64,000 bases of DNA from contig JAYWIR010000107.1 of NCBI GenBank assembly GCA_036172245.1, positions 1-64,000 of the forward strand, written 5' to 3'. A model generated the notes under the pieces. That model saw only the letters and a list, made by a program, of their open reading frames with translations, ran no database searches and was not told the DNA's origin. Positions 25,582 to 37,032 of this stretch are shown here, one piece after another (the stretch's first letter is position 1; the number at the start of each line of letters is the position of its first letter). A program made the translations under genes and the position numbers. The stretch comes from Raillietiella orientalis (lineage: Eukaryota).

Positions 25582-28500
25582 TCACCGGGTTGGCCGCTGA
25601 TGAGGGTGTGTAAACCGGCGGTGTATTGCGGCGAGATTCCTCTTTGTCTCCTCTGTCAAATGAGGCCATCTAGCGGATGCTCCCATGTAGAAGGATGCTT
25701 TGCTGATTACCTCCTGGTGCTGTCCGTTGATTGCCAACGCCTGGCGGACGGAAACTATCGCGCGTATGCAACCGATGGTTGCAATCCTTGCGCTTAGTGA
25801 AAGCCCGCTCGGCGTGAAGAATCGTCGCAGCAAGTCTCTTGCGGTGTCCACGGGATGCAATAGTGCTGTTGCCAGCCTACGCCACAGTCCTTGTAGGACA
25901 CCGCAGTCCAGAAGTAGGTGCGGAATCGACTCCGTCGATCCGCACCGAACGCAGTTCGCAGACGCATGTCCCCCGGAGTCACGATGCCAACGCTCGTTGC
26001 ACTGAAAACCCCAGTGAACGAAAAGCAGCACGGCTTCTTTCCAAGCAAGGGGGAGCAGCGAACTGTCCATACACTGTGGAGGGACTACAAGTTCTTCGGG
26101 GGTGACAGCAAGTTCTTCTGCCCACCGGAGGAGTCCCTTTGCAGTAACACGAGGAGAGGCGGCGTCCGCCAACTCACTTGTCTTCCAGGTGCCAAGGAGT
26201 TTGGTTCTTCCCGCTATCGTGCAGGAAACCTCCCACCTCGCCGGTTGGTAACTGTCGTTTCTTGCCCTGAGGGCAGACAGCGCTGCGGCAAGAGGCGTGG
26301 CAGCCAGGGTAGAGAACTTCACCTCGTCCTGCAGTACTTCTTCCAAGGATCGTGGAAAAAATTGGCGCAGGGGGCGAAGATCTTCAGGGCGTATTCCTTG
26401 GAACGCCGCCCAGGATTCAACAGACTCCTGCCGCCAAGCTTCAAAGTTCATTGGGCGGCAGGAGATCCAAGAGTGTGCTTCCAGAAGTGCGGTCAACTGA
26501 CGAAATGGAAAACCGAAACCCCGCTTCCTGTATTGAGTGCCCGGCAAAAGCGAGAGAAATCCTCCGCTGCCGGCGCATCTCCGCAGGAGAATGCGAGCTG
26601 GCACACACAGGGGGGATGTCCATAGCTGGGCACACAGTGCCAGCAGTCGGAACTGCACCTGCAGTCCGATTCGCTCCATTGTAAGGATACCCAAACCAGC
26701 ATCCCGACGCGGAGCTCACAAATCTTTAAGGCGGATCCTGGATCTCGCCGGACCCCAGAGAGCGTTCCTGAGCAGGCGCTTAGCCCGCTGTTTTGCCGCA
26801 TAGGGGGGGTCCAAAACAAAAAACAGGGGACGGAGGAGGGGGCCACAAAGGTGTTCCAAATAGTCGCCCGTTCCTGCAAGGTAAACTTGCCGTTAAAGAA
26901 CGGGCTGATGGCCAACTCTGCTTTCTGAAGACAGTCCGCCCACGCTTCGGCTGCGCCGAAAGCGCTTAACGGAACGCCAAGGTACTTAAAGTACCCGCCC
27001 GTGGGGATCCCCAGGCGGATCCAGTCGGACTGCCCCTCCCACGACGTACCCACAGGAACGACCACGCTCTTCTCTCTGTTCACGCTCACGCCCGCTCCCC
27101 GACGAATCAGGTCGAAGAAATCCTCGACACTGGACGCCAGGGTGGACATGGGGAGCAGAAGAAGCAGGTCATCAGCGTAGGCGGCCACGGCAGGAGTTCC
27201 CGGGCAGGAGCTTGGCAAGTGAGAGAGCGTCAGCCTGTATGCTCTTAGCACCAACTCAAAGAAGATGCTGAAGAGCAACGGGCTTAAGCTGTCGCCCTGT
27301 CGGATGCCCCTACGAACGGGAATACCATACACGCGGCAGCCGCTAAAAGTGATGCAGGTTAGCGCGTGGCGCCAGCACGCGTGCAAATACAGCAGGAGTT
27401 GCGCCGGGAACCCAAGGCGTTCCATAAGCTCCAAAAGCAGCTTCTGGTTTACGCAGTCGAACGCCTTGTGGAGATCGACCGTGACCGCCAAGGCACCTGG
27501 CGATCACTCCTGCCGTCGGCGCCTGTTCTTTTTGCCTGCGGCAGTGACTTTCGCAGCAGCCTGGCTTTGCTGCGCCACAACTTCCTGCAGCTGCATCCAT
27601 GTACGCGCGAAAAGGATGTTCGCCTCCATGGATCGTCCCGGAACCGCGTAGGTTTGTTCCGGGCTCACCACAGATTCCGCTATTCTTCCTAACCGCGCGA
27701 CCCACAGCTTGGAAAACAACTTGACGTCCGAGTTCACCAAGGTGATCGGACGCCAGTTGTTACGTTGGCGCAAGTCTCCGCCTTTCGGCAGGAGACGCAC
27801 CTTCGCTGAGCGGAAGGAATCAGGGACATTCCCGGATTCACTCATCAGCGTCGCGAGTTTAAGCATCAAGGGAATGAGCTCCACTGCAAAGCACTGATAA
27901 AACTCTGCAGGGAGCCCATCCTTGCCTGGCGCCTTTCGTCTCTTCAGCCCAGCGATGGCGGACGAAAATTCATCCGCCGTGAAGGGCTCGTCGAGACGTT
28001 CGCGTTCCTCCTCGCCGACAACACGAGCATCCTGAGACAGGAGTATCTCAGAAAGAATATCCTCCGTCGGGGATTCCGCGTAGAGCGAGGAGTAGTAGCG
28101 TCTCACAATGCGGCGTACTTCGGCTGGGGCCGAACATTCCTGGCCCTTGTCGTCCAACAGGCATGCTGCTCCGGACTGCCAGACCTGGCGCTCGGCCCTC
28201 GCCTTGTACTCTGCGAGACGCCCGACATCCGCGCGTCTCAAAAACGTGCGGGCCTGCAGAAAGTCTCTACTGTTGGCCACGCCCTCTCCGAAACCGCGTG
28301 GAAGCCGCTGCAAGGGGAATTGGCAACACAACTCGCGGACAGATTTTCTGAGATCGTCCCAGTCCGCAAGTTCTTGGATGGCAAAGCCCCGGAAGTATCC
28401 ACGTAGATTCTCCGCAGCCTCCGGTTGGCTAAGCCAATCCGCCTGCATCCTCCAGCTTTGCAACGGAGGCCCCCTGCCTGGCGGAAGGATCTCAAACTCC

Positions 28501-29174
28501 AACCTGTGGTGGTCAGAAAGCTCAGTCAACAATCTTCCTCTCCTACCCACACGCGAATGCAGGTTTTCATCGAAGAAAACGTGATCGAGCGATCTTTCCA
28601 TTCCAGGTTCGCTGACCATCAAGTTGGCGGCGTGCACGGACGCGCACATCTCGATGGGCAGCGCGCGCTCCCTCGGGCGACTCCAATCGTCGGAGAGCAG
28701 GCGGACGTTGAAGTCCCCAGCGACGAGGTGCGCCACTTGGAAGCCGGAGTTGTTGAGCCACTGGCTCTGCACCTCACCAAAGAAAGCTACTCTTTCTTCG
28801 AGGTAGCGAGAGCCACTCGGCGCGTAGACGTTCGTAACGACGAGATCGATGGACTCGGACCACTTGATGACAAGCTGGCCTATCCGTCCGTTGTCATCGA
28901 AACGAACACTACGCACCGCTTCCGCCATTTTTCCTCTTACGAGGAACGCGACGCCGCACGTGTGTACGCCGCCGCACCGCCAATGTAGCGTTCCGCCTGC
29001 GCGCTCCTCGATTTCGGCTGCCTGCTCGTCGGAGATTACGTGAATCTCCTGCAGCAGCGCGAGGTCGAAGGGGCGCAGGGCGTTGGCTACTAATCGCCTC
29101 TTCTCGTCGTTCTGCAGTCCGTTCACGTTCCAACACGTTACGGACAGACGACGAGAAGACGCGATTCCCCGCAT
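25582..29174 (-). pseudogene. ORF2 of element F (APE-RT-Zn), frameshifted near 27500 and 26830
   Basis: ORFs 27504..29174, 26493..27491 and 25582..26694 give consecutive EN, RT (YADD) and C-terminal parts. Confidence 0.9.
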
Positions 29175-31096
29175 TACTGCTGGGAAGGTGGCGGCTTTTT
29201 GCTCGCTTTATCCGGCGAGCAGACGGCGAGCAGCACGACTGGCTTGAGGGGACGGTCGCCACCGTCCTCTGTCGTGCTGCATGCATGTAATGCCTCCACG
29301 CCAGGCTGAACCCCGTCGGGTTTCGTGGAGACTTCGCGTTGCTTCGCGGCGAGCGTTGCCTGGCTGCCTACTTTTGATCGGCGCGCACACGCTTTCGAAC
29401 GAGTTGTCCTCGTCTCGGTGATCGGAACGGCATCCATTTCGGAGTCCGACCGGCGCATGTTCGATCGGGTTTCGGCCTTCCGCGAAGCAGTGACAGGTTC
29501 TTCTAGATTGACAGCTGTCCTGTTTTCGTTTTCCGTCACCAGAGCATCGCTTTTGGTGACGGCTGCTTTCCCGGCGCGCGCGTTTTCAGCGTGCTCACGC
29601 GCAGTTGCACGAGGGACCTTTGCTGAAGTCTTCTTTACTTCATTACGGTACCTCACTCCGCGTGGCGCCGTAAATGGAGATTGTGCTCCATGGCCATCTT
29701 TGAAGTCATCCGCGTCTTTAAACGGGAGCACTTTCGATGGCTCCGACACGCTCGTCATGGACGCTGCTTTCGGAAGGGCTTTTAATCCCTTCGTTGGCAT
29801 GGCATCCGCGCCAGTCGAGAGCTTGCTCTCCGACTGCGACGGCGTGAGATTTTTCTCCGCTCTCGCGGTGTTGGATCGCGACGCGGATTTTTTTTTGCCG
29901 ACTTTCGAAGTCGACACGGCACAACCCTTCTTACCCGATTTGGGCTTCTCAGCCACTGCAGGAGGTGAAGGGATGGATCTGACGGTACTGGAAGTGTCCT
30001 TACCGCCGTTGTCCATTGGCGTCCCCGCCGGTTGCTCGAACTCCGAGAGAGCCGGGCGTGCTTGGGAAGGACAGCTATTGCGCCTAGGGGGACTTACGAT
30101 TGCCCCGGATTCCCCGCACCCTTTCTTTTGCGGCTCCCCTGCCGCGAGAGGGGGTGCGCAGGGCTTCGCGTGCGAGGTTTCCTGCTGCTTTGGGGCGACA
30201 TTCCGCCTCGCGTTTTTACCGAATTTCTGCAGTGGGGTCTCCAGGTTGTTCGCAGATTTTTTCTTTTTATCCGCGCTTTGTTTTTTAAAATGGAGCTCCG
30301 CGGCTGCCTTTTTTCGCAAAAGTTCCGGGCAATTTTTCAATTGGTGCCCGGATAGTTTGCAATAACGGCATTTTCCAGAGGGGCATTTATCCAAACAATG
30401 CCCCTCCTTCCCGCATTGCTCGCACGTTTTTACTTTGCCCACGAACCACAGGTGAACGACCGTGTCTTTCACCTGTAGTTTGGGGGGCAGCAGACGGCGG
30501 TCCGGCATTGTAAGCCGGACTCCAGCGACTCCGCTGTGTATGGACGGGAAGTCCTTGAGGTTGCTACGCACCCTCCACCGCGCATGGACCGTGGCGAATT
30601 TCGCCAACGCGTTCCGAATATCAGTATCGGAGATTTCCGACTCGATGTCGAAAATCTCCACCACAAATGAGTCGTCCATGGCGGCCGGGAAGACCTTCTG
30701 GCCACGGATCGACAACGGGGTGCGCAGTAAGCGTTGCACAAGTGCAGCGTCTTTGCAACGCACCTTGAAATAGCCCATGTCTTTTACGGGCATAATGGCA
30801 AGAAGGTCCTCCTCCCGCACGCCAACACGGGTCAGTTCATCGTTGAACTGATTCCCTTCGCGCGCAGAAAGAAAACCACTCACCTTATATCGGAGAGCAG
30901 GTCTATAGCCTTGGGCTACGTATGCCCGCAACTCCGACTCGTCGAGTGGTTTCCCTTTGACGGCTGCTGTGGCAGCAACGTCAGCACAACTCCTCTCCAT
31001 TGGCGAGAAAGACGAAGTGGAGGCGGCCGTCGGTTCCGCGATTGCAGATCCGGATGCTGTTCCTCCAACTTCAGTAGCTTCAAGTTGTGTCGACAT
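29174..31096 (-). CDS. ORF1 of element F: gag-like nucleic-acid-binding protein with two CCHC knuckles; open
   Basis: CEQCGKEGHCLDKC and CRYCKLSGHQLKNC; first ATG at 31096; stop overlaps the ORF2 ATG (TAATG). Confidence 0.88.
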   Translation of the reverse strand: MSTQLEATEVGGTASGSAIAEPTAASTSSFSPMERSCADVAATAAVKGKPLDESELRAYVAQGYRPALRYKVSGFLSAREGNQFNDELTRVGVREEDLLAIMPVKDMGYFKVRCKDAALVQRLLRTPLSIRGQKVFPAAMDDSFVVEIFDIESEISDTDIRNALAKFATVHARWRVRSNLKDFPSIHSGVAGVRLTMPDRRLLPPKLQVKDTVVHLWFVGKVKTCEQCGKEGHCLDKCPSGKCRYCKLSGHQLKNCPELLRKKAAAELHFKKQSADKKKKSANNLETPLQKFGKNARRNVAPKQQETSHAKPCAPPLAAGEPQKKGCGESGAIVSPPRRNSCPSQARPALSEFEQPAGTPMDNGGKDTSSTVRSIPSPPAVAEKPKSGKKGCAVSTSKVGKKKSASRSNTARAEKNLTPSQSESKLSTGADAMPTKGLKALPKAASMTSVSEPSKVLPFKDADDFKDGHGAQSPFTAPRGVRYRNEVKKTSAKVPRATAREHAENARAGKAAVTKSDALVTENENRTAVNLEEPVTASRKAETRSNMRRSDSEMDAVPITETRTTRSKACARRSKVGSQATLAAKQREVSTKPDGVQPGVEALHACSTTEDGGDRPLKPVVLLAVCSPDKASKKPPPSQQ

Positions 31097-31642
31097 CGTC
31101 GTCAAAATGTACGACGCCAAGATGAAGCGGATGAAAGCACGGAGACGAGAGCGAAGAAAAACACGTCCGCACTCGATTGAAATCTCCCGCTATCAGGTGA
31201 GCCTTCCGCACGCTCGTGTTCGCCAGCCAGTCGCGCTTCAGGGATTCAAGCAGCCTGGTACGGTTGCTGTAACCCTTTTGATCGGTTGGGGCGTACACAT
31301 TCGTGACGCTCAGATCGATCGAGTCGGACCAGCCGAGAGTCAGCTGACCGACCCGACCGTCGTCATCGAAGCGCACGCCCTTCACGGCAGCGTCGATGGC
31401 CGGCTTCACGAAGAACGCGACCCCGCAGGTGTTGCGGATGCCGCATTGCCAGTACAGCCGACCCCCCGCGATCGTCTCGATCTCCTGGACGTCGGCCGCG
31501 GTGATCACGTGGATCTCCTGCAACAGGGCCAGGTCGAACTCCCGCAGGGTGTCGGCTGTATCTCGCCTGTTACCGTCGTCGCGCAGCCCGTTGACATTCC
31601 AACAGGCCGCGCGAATCCGACGGCGACTGGCGAGCCCAGGTG

Positions 31643-33393
31643 TTACTCCTGGGAAGATGGCAGTGCGGCGTCCGCCACCTGCTGGGGCGGGACGCTAGGT
31701 GGAGCAGGGGGGTCAGGTGCTGAAGGCACCTGGTCCCCCTCCTCCATCGGTGCCGGCGCGTCGGCCGGATCACCCGCAGGTGGAGTCGCGCCTACCTGTT
31801 CGCCCTCCTCCATGGGGGCGGGCTGTTCAGGGTCGGCGCCTGCAGGGGGGACTTCACCCCCCTGTTCACCCTCCTCCATGGGGATGGCCGCATCGACGGC
31901 TTCCGAGCGTGGGAATTCCTCCTCCGAATTTCCCACGCTGGCGACGGCTTCCGTCTTCTCCTCCTCGCTGGTGGAGGGGAGGCGCCTCCTGGGCTTCTGG
32001 GACTTGCGTCCCGACTTCCTGGGGGTGCCTCCGAGGAGGAGGATGTGCTTCCGGCCCCCAGGTCTAACTCACCTTTGGGGGCCTTCCTCGCCGGAGCCGG
32101 CCTTCGCACGGCCTTGCGCGAGGGGTTCTCACGCTCGGCCAGCGTGACCGCGAGCTCCTCCGCCGCCTGCGCGAATGCGGCGTCCGCGGCTTCGACCGCC
32201 GCTATGTCGCGCGGCTCACCCTCTGTGTAAACAGAGGGTTCGCCGTCGCGAGCCTCGGGCGCAGCGGAAACGGCAAGGGGAGGATCGACGCTCCGGGTGG
32301 CAAACTCGGGAACGACGATTCGTTCCAGTGCCACCGTGCACTCGCGCAGAGTTTTCGAGCGCGGACCGGGTTTTTTCGGCTTACCGGCCGTCTTGCGCTC
32401 TTTGCTCTCCGCGGGTGGGAGTTTCCTCGGCTTTCTGGCCTCTACAAGCTGCCATCCCTCTTCGCCTTCCACCGTTTCAGAAGGTTTATCCTCCGGCTTA
32501 CGCGCCGGAGGTTGAGGTGTTGGCTGCTTGTGCTGGCCCTTTTCTACTTTAGGTCTAGAGACCTTTGAAGCACGTTTCCCCTGCGCTTTTTTCGCGGCAG
32601 GGGGAACCGGGGTGGGGCGTTTGGGACACACGCGCCGAACGTGGCCCCGCTCCCCGCACAAATGGCATTGTATATTGGGACACCGTTTACGTAGGTGTCC
32701 CACGGTATCACAATGCCCGCAATACCGGGGCTTCCCTACATACCACAGGTCGACGTTTTCTTGCGCCACCTGTAGTTTGTGGGGAAGCCCACAAGTCTCC
32801 CGTACGGTGACCCGCGCTGCAGCCTGCCCACCAAAAAGGCTATCGAAGCCGTCGAAAATGGAGGGTTTCGGCCACAGTGCGTGCACCTCACCGTACTTTC
32901 TCAATTCCTCACCAACCGCTGACCGCGTCATGCGGCTGGTGATGCCAGTCATGTGGACCACCACGGAGCGGTCCATGGATACTGGCAGGATCTTTCGGCC
33001 GTCTACGTTCAGCGGCGCATGGATAAGGCGGTGAGCCAAGGTGACATCTTTGCAGACCACCTCGACCCGCTGCTTGCCGCTGAGGACGGAGAGGCCGTCT
33101 AGATGCTTCTCTGTGACATTCGCGTCCTTCAACGCTTTGCTGAAGGCGCGCGCTGTCCGGCCGTCGAACAAGTTGCCTACCTGGTAGACAAGCGAAGGCT
33201 TGTACCCGGAGGCCTTGTATGCGGCCATCTCCGCCATGGCTTCTGTGCTGGGCGCGGCCACCATGGCGCTCAATGTCCTCGGCGTGGCCGGGGATGATTC
33301 CGGGGCGACTGCCCCTGCTCCAGTAGGCTGTGGGGGCGAACTAGCCTCCCCCACTCCCACCTCCATCGCGGTGTCCTCTGGCGTCGTGACCAT
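31643..33393 (-). pseudogene. ORF1 of element E (one frameshift in the C-terminal low-complexity part)
   Basis: MVTTPEDTAMEV..., CGHCDTVGHLRKRC and CHLCGERGHVRRVC; the C-terminus continues in ORF 31643..31936. Confidence 0.85.
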
Positions 33394-33486
33394 TGGACAC
33401 CGACGATGTACACAAAACACCACACAGAAGAAAAAGCGCTTTTCTACTACTCTTTGGGGAGTGAAGGAAAAACACGTCCTCCTACT

Positions 33487-34925
33487 AGCCTTGGAGGGGG
33501 CTGGCTGCAACGATGCAGCTAGCTCCTCCGCCGCACACTCAAAGGCGGCGTCATCGATCACGGTCTCGATGACGGACGCTTCCGCCGGTTCGTTCCTCAC
33601 GCTGTTGACATTTTCAACAGTGTGTTGCTCGTCGTTAGCTACGATTTCTACCTTGCGGCGTTCGGCGAGGACGCGTTCCACGACGACGCTGCATTCTTTT
33701 AAATTCTCGCTAACCTGCTCTTTTTTATTTTGGTAGGCGAGCTTTTTTTCAATTCGTCGTTCTTTCTTCGTCTTTTTCTTTTCCGCTGTAGCTTCTCGCC
33801 ATTCCGACACCTGACCGCTTTTGTCGATCTTTTCGGCATTCGTTGCCGCAGTGTCGGCTGAGGCCTGGACCACGGGAGTGGGTGGCACAGCGTGAGCCGC
33901 AGCCTTTGCAGCTAGCCTTTTCTGTAGCAGCCGCGCGCGTTTTTTTAGGTACCTCGCGGAAGCCACGCGCACAGCGGATTGTTGACACACTTCCTTCGTG
34001 TGGCCCATTGTCCCGCATACCTGGCACTGTACGTTGGGGCACGTCCTTTTGAGGTGTCCCGACGTGTTGCAGAAGCCACAGTATTTGGGCTTCCCCACGT
34101 ACCAGAGGTCGACGCTTTCTCCGCCGACCACCAGTTTGTGGGGAAGGGTAGAGCCCTACCGAACGGTTGCACGGGCAGCCGTGAGGCCGCACTGAACAGT
34201 GGTATAGTCCTTGAAAGGACTAGGCTTGGTCCATACTGTATGGATTGTGCCTTCCTTTCCCAACGCGGCGCGTAACTGTTCTTACCGCATCCGCGCGGAA
34301 ACTCCTAAAAGGTGGACCACCATACTGTGGTCCGCCTTAACGGGAAGGAGCTAGCGTGTCCCCATTACCACTGGGGTTTTAAGCAGACCTTGGGCCAGAT
34401 CTGCATGTTTGTAGATCACCTCTACGTACTGCCCCCCGCTACGAATGGAAATAGCGCAGAGCTCCTCTTCTTTAACATCGATAGTGCGCATCCCTTTCGA
34501 GAAGGCGCGCGCACTCTCAGCAGAATACAAATTTCCTACCTTGTAGAATAGTGATGGGTCATACCCCTCTTCCACATAGGCAGATAATTCCGCCGCGGCT
34601 GCAGGCGATGGCGCCGACACGACGGCGCTCCACGCCCGCGATGCTGCGGGGACCGGTTTTGTATGGGGCGGACGCCCCCACCTCCTTCGCCACGGAAGGC
34701 GACGTTGCCGCCGTCCCCTGGCACTCCACCTTTTCTAGAGGCGACGTTGCAGCCGCCACCTGGCACTCCATTTCTTCAGAAGGCGACGTTGCCACCGTCC
34801 CCTGACACGTACTGGTGGTCGCGTCAGGCATTGCTGCCTGATCGACCACCACCACACACGAAGATTACACCTAGGGACGGTTCCCTGCACGAGGAGCACC
34901 GAGAAAACACGTCCGCTCTAGCCGA
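33487..34925 (-). mobile_element. Element D (upstream part): subfamily I 5' end and ORF1 N-terminal two-thirds
   Basis: AELSAYVEEGYDPSLFYKVG, CGFCNTSGHLKRTC; GGACGTGTTTT at 34914-34904; continues at 21914 across the TSD. Confidence 0.9.
34690..34806 (-). repeat. Three 42-nt coding repeats (CQxxxATSP, 14-aa period) near the D ORF1 start
   Basis: ggcgacgttgc recurs at ~34698, 34740 and 34782; A and C appear to carry one unit. Confidence 0.8.
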
Positions 34926-37032
34926 CATAAAGCTTTCGACTGCGTCGACCAGGAACTCCTTCTGGAGCTCCTGGAACACTTGGGATTCCCGGCCTCATTA
35001 GTGGCCTATCTGCGCTCCTGCTGGCGCGACACGCTCATCAACGTTACTTTCAGCGGGCAGACCGTGCACGGCATACCGGTGCGACGCGGCATACGGCAGG
35101 GAGACAGCCTGAGCCCCTTGCTCTTCAGTACCTACTTCGAGCTGATAATGAGAGCGTACAGGGTAACTCTAGCGCACCTCCCTTGCAACTATCCCGGTAC
35201 GCCCGCGGTGTCAGCAAATGCGGACGACCTTCTTCTGCTCCTCCTTATGTCCATCCCGGCATCGGCGGTCGAGGAGTACTTCGACCTGCTGCATCGGGGA
35301 ACAGGACTTACGGTGAACAGTGTGAAGTCGTCCGTGATGCTAGTTGGTGCGACGTGGGCAGGGCAGCAGGACTGGGTCGGTTTGGGGATCCTCACGGTGA
35401 GGTACTTTCAGTAACTCGGCGTACCGATGGGGGATTATCTTCCTTCGGATGCGTGGTCCAGCTGCCTTCAAAAGGTAGGGACGGCGATCGGCCCGTTCCG
35501 AGGCCGCAGGTTTTTCCTGCCTAAACGGGCCGCGGTTTGGAACATGTTCGCGGCTCCTCTCCTCCGCCTCCTGCTTTTGTTTGTCTCACTACAGAGAGGA
35601 TTAAAAAGCGGAGAAAGGACCTCCTCCGTATCGCCCTTTGGGGCAACCGGAGTGCCCGAGTACGCGTAAAGGACTTGTGCGCTGCTCGTCGGGACGGTGA
35701 CGTGGGCCTCCTGACGCTGGTGCGGCTCCAGCTTCAGCTCCAGTTCCGAATGTCGGCACTTGTTCCAGAGTTGTGGTGCACGTGTTGGTGCGTCGCTGCA
35801 AGCCTCCATCTCCAGCAAGCCACCGGCAAGACGGGACTGACGTCGTTTCTTGCACTCCGTCGCCGCGTCAATCGATGCGGACTCCAGCTACGGAGGGTGG
35901 CTTCGCTGTCACGGAAAAACCCAGTATTGGTCACCTGTCGCTCATTCAACGGTAGTGCCTGGTTGCAGGAAGCCGTTCGAACGTGGGGACAGTTCGGCTT
36001 GCAACGCTTTCAACAGGAACGAAGGTTCCTGTTCCAGGGTTACAGAAGTTGCACGCTTCGCGAGATCCTGGAGAACCCAAAGAAGAGAGCGTGGGCAGGG
36101 AGAACCCCCCTCGCTGCTGCGCTGCCCTCCCTGATGGAAGATCTGAACAGCGATGTTTCGGCGAAGTGGGAGGTTTCAGTTACAATCTTCGGGAAGGAGA
36201 AGTAGATAGGAGAGTGGAAGACAGGTCAGCTGACTGACGCTGCCACCGCGGGAACGCCTCCCAATGGACTTCTTCGCTGGGGCGCGCTGTTCGATGTTCC
36301 CATTGAACATCTAAAGTGGCCCCCGGTGCTCATGAACACTTCCGCCCTCCCCTTAAAATGGCAGGAGTCGGCTCTCCTGTTGCAGCACTGGGGACTCCCC
36401 TGCAACGCCCGCCGACACCACTGGACCTGGGGAGCGGTGGACCCCAATTGCGTCAGGTGTGGGGAACGGGAGTCCCTCCCCCACCTGCTAGTGGATTGTT
36501 TTGCCTTTCGGCCCCTTTGGTTTCGCTTTGCTGCGGTCATCGGAATCTTCTGCGGCAACCCCAGGGACGCACTGAAAGCCTTCTTTGTTGCCGACGCCCT
36601 TCGGCCCGCGGCCTCGTTAGCAGCTTTGTGCTGCCTACGCGGGCCCGTCACCGCCTGGAGCAAGGCAACGGGAGGAAAACGCATCCAGGGAGCCATCCAG
36701 CCAGCCTACCAATTCCTGAGGAAGGCGTCCTTATGGCCCCACCTGGATCCAGGAATACAGAAGGAGCTTGCCGGCATCCTGCAAAGGATGCAACGGCTCC
36801 ACCAACAACTGTGATCCCTTCCCTTACCCTCCCAACTTTTCTTTTCTTTTTTGTGTTGTTTTTTGTTTTTCCCACTTCCCCCTGCTGCCGTGGTGGACCG
36901 TACCGGTCTGTGAACCGGTGACCCGGCAGGCTCTGCGTTTGTTCGTGCGTGGCTGGAGCAATGGTCCAGCCACTGCACGTCATTGTAAATGTTTATTAAA
37001 CAATACACGCCCCGGCGAAATGAGGGTGAAAA
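34926..37032 (+). mobile_element. Element L: 3' half of a LINE from HKAFD to the 3' terminus, decayed
   Basis: GIRQGDSLSP, NADDLL, CVRCGERESLPHLLVDC; degenerate terminal motif AATACACGCCCCGGCGAAATGAGGGTG at 37002-37028. Confidence 0.88.

Larger units (their letters stand above)
25269..31174 (-). mobile_element. Element F: full-length subfamily III LINE (5.9 kb) inserted in the GDFN motif of E
   Basis: 9-bp TSD gattgaaat at 25260-25268 and 31175-31183; both terminal motifs are present. Confidence 0.95.
21915..33486 (-). mobile_element. Element E: full-length subfamily II LINE (~5.66 kb after removing nested F), inserted in ORF1 of D
   Basis: 11-bp TSD agccttggagg at 21904-21914 and 33487-33497; 5' GGACGTG motif at 33479; 3' hairpin at ~21918-21945. 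Confidence 0.95.

Noticed and set aside
31792..34131. 779-aa ORF with four CCHC knuckles as a novel protein
   Set aside because: It is a chance in-frame read-through from D ORF1 across the TSD into the 5' UTR and ORF1 of E.
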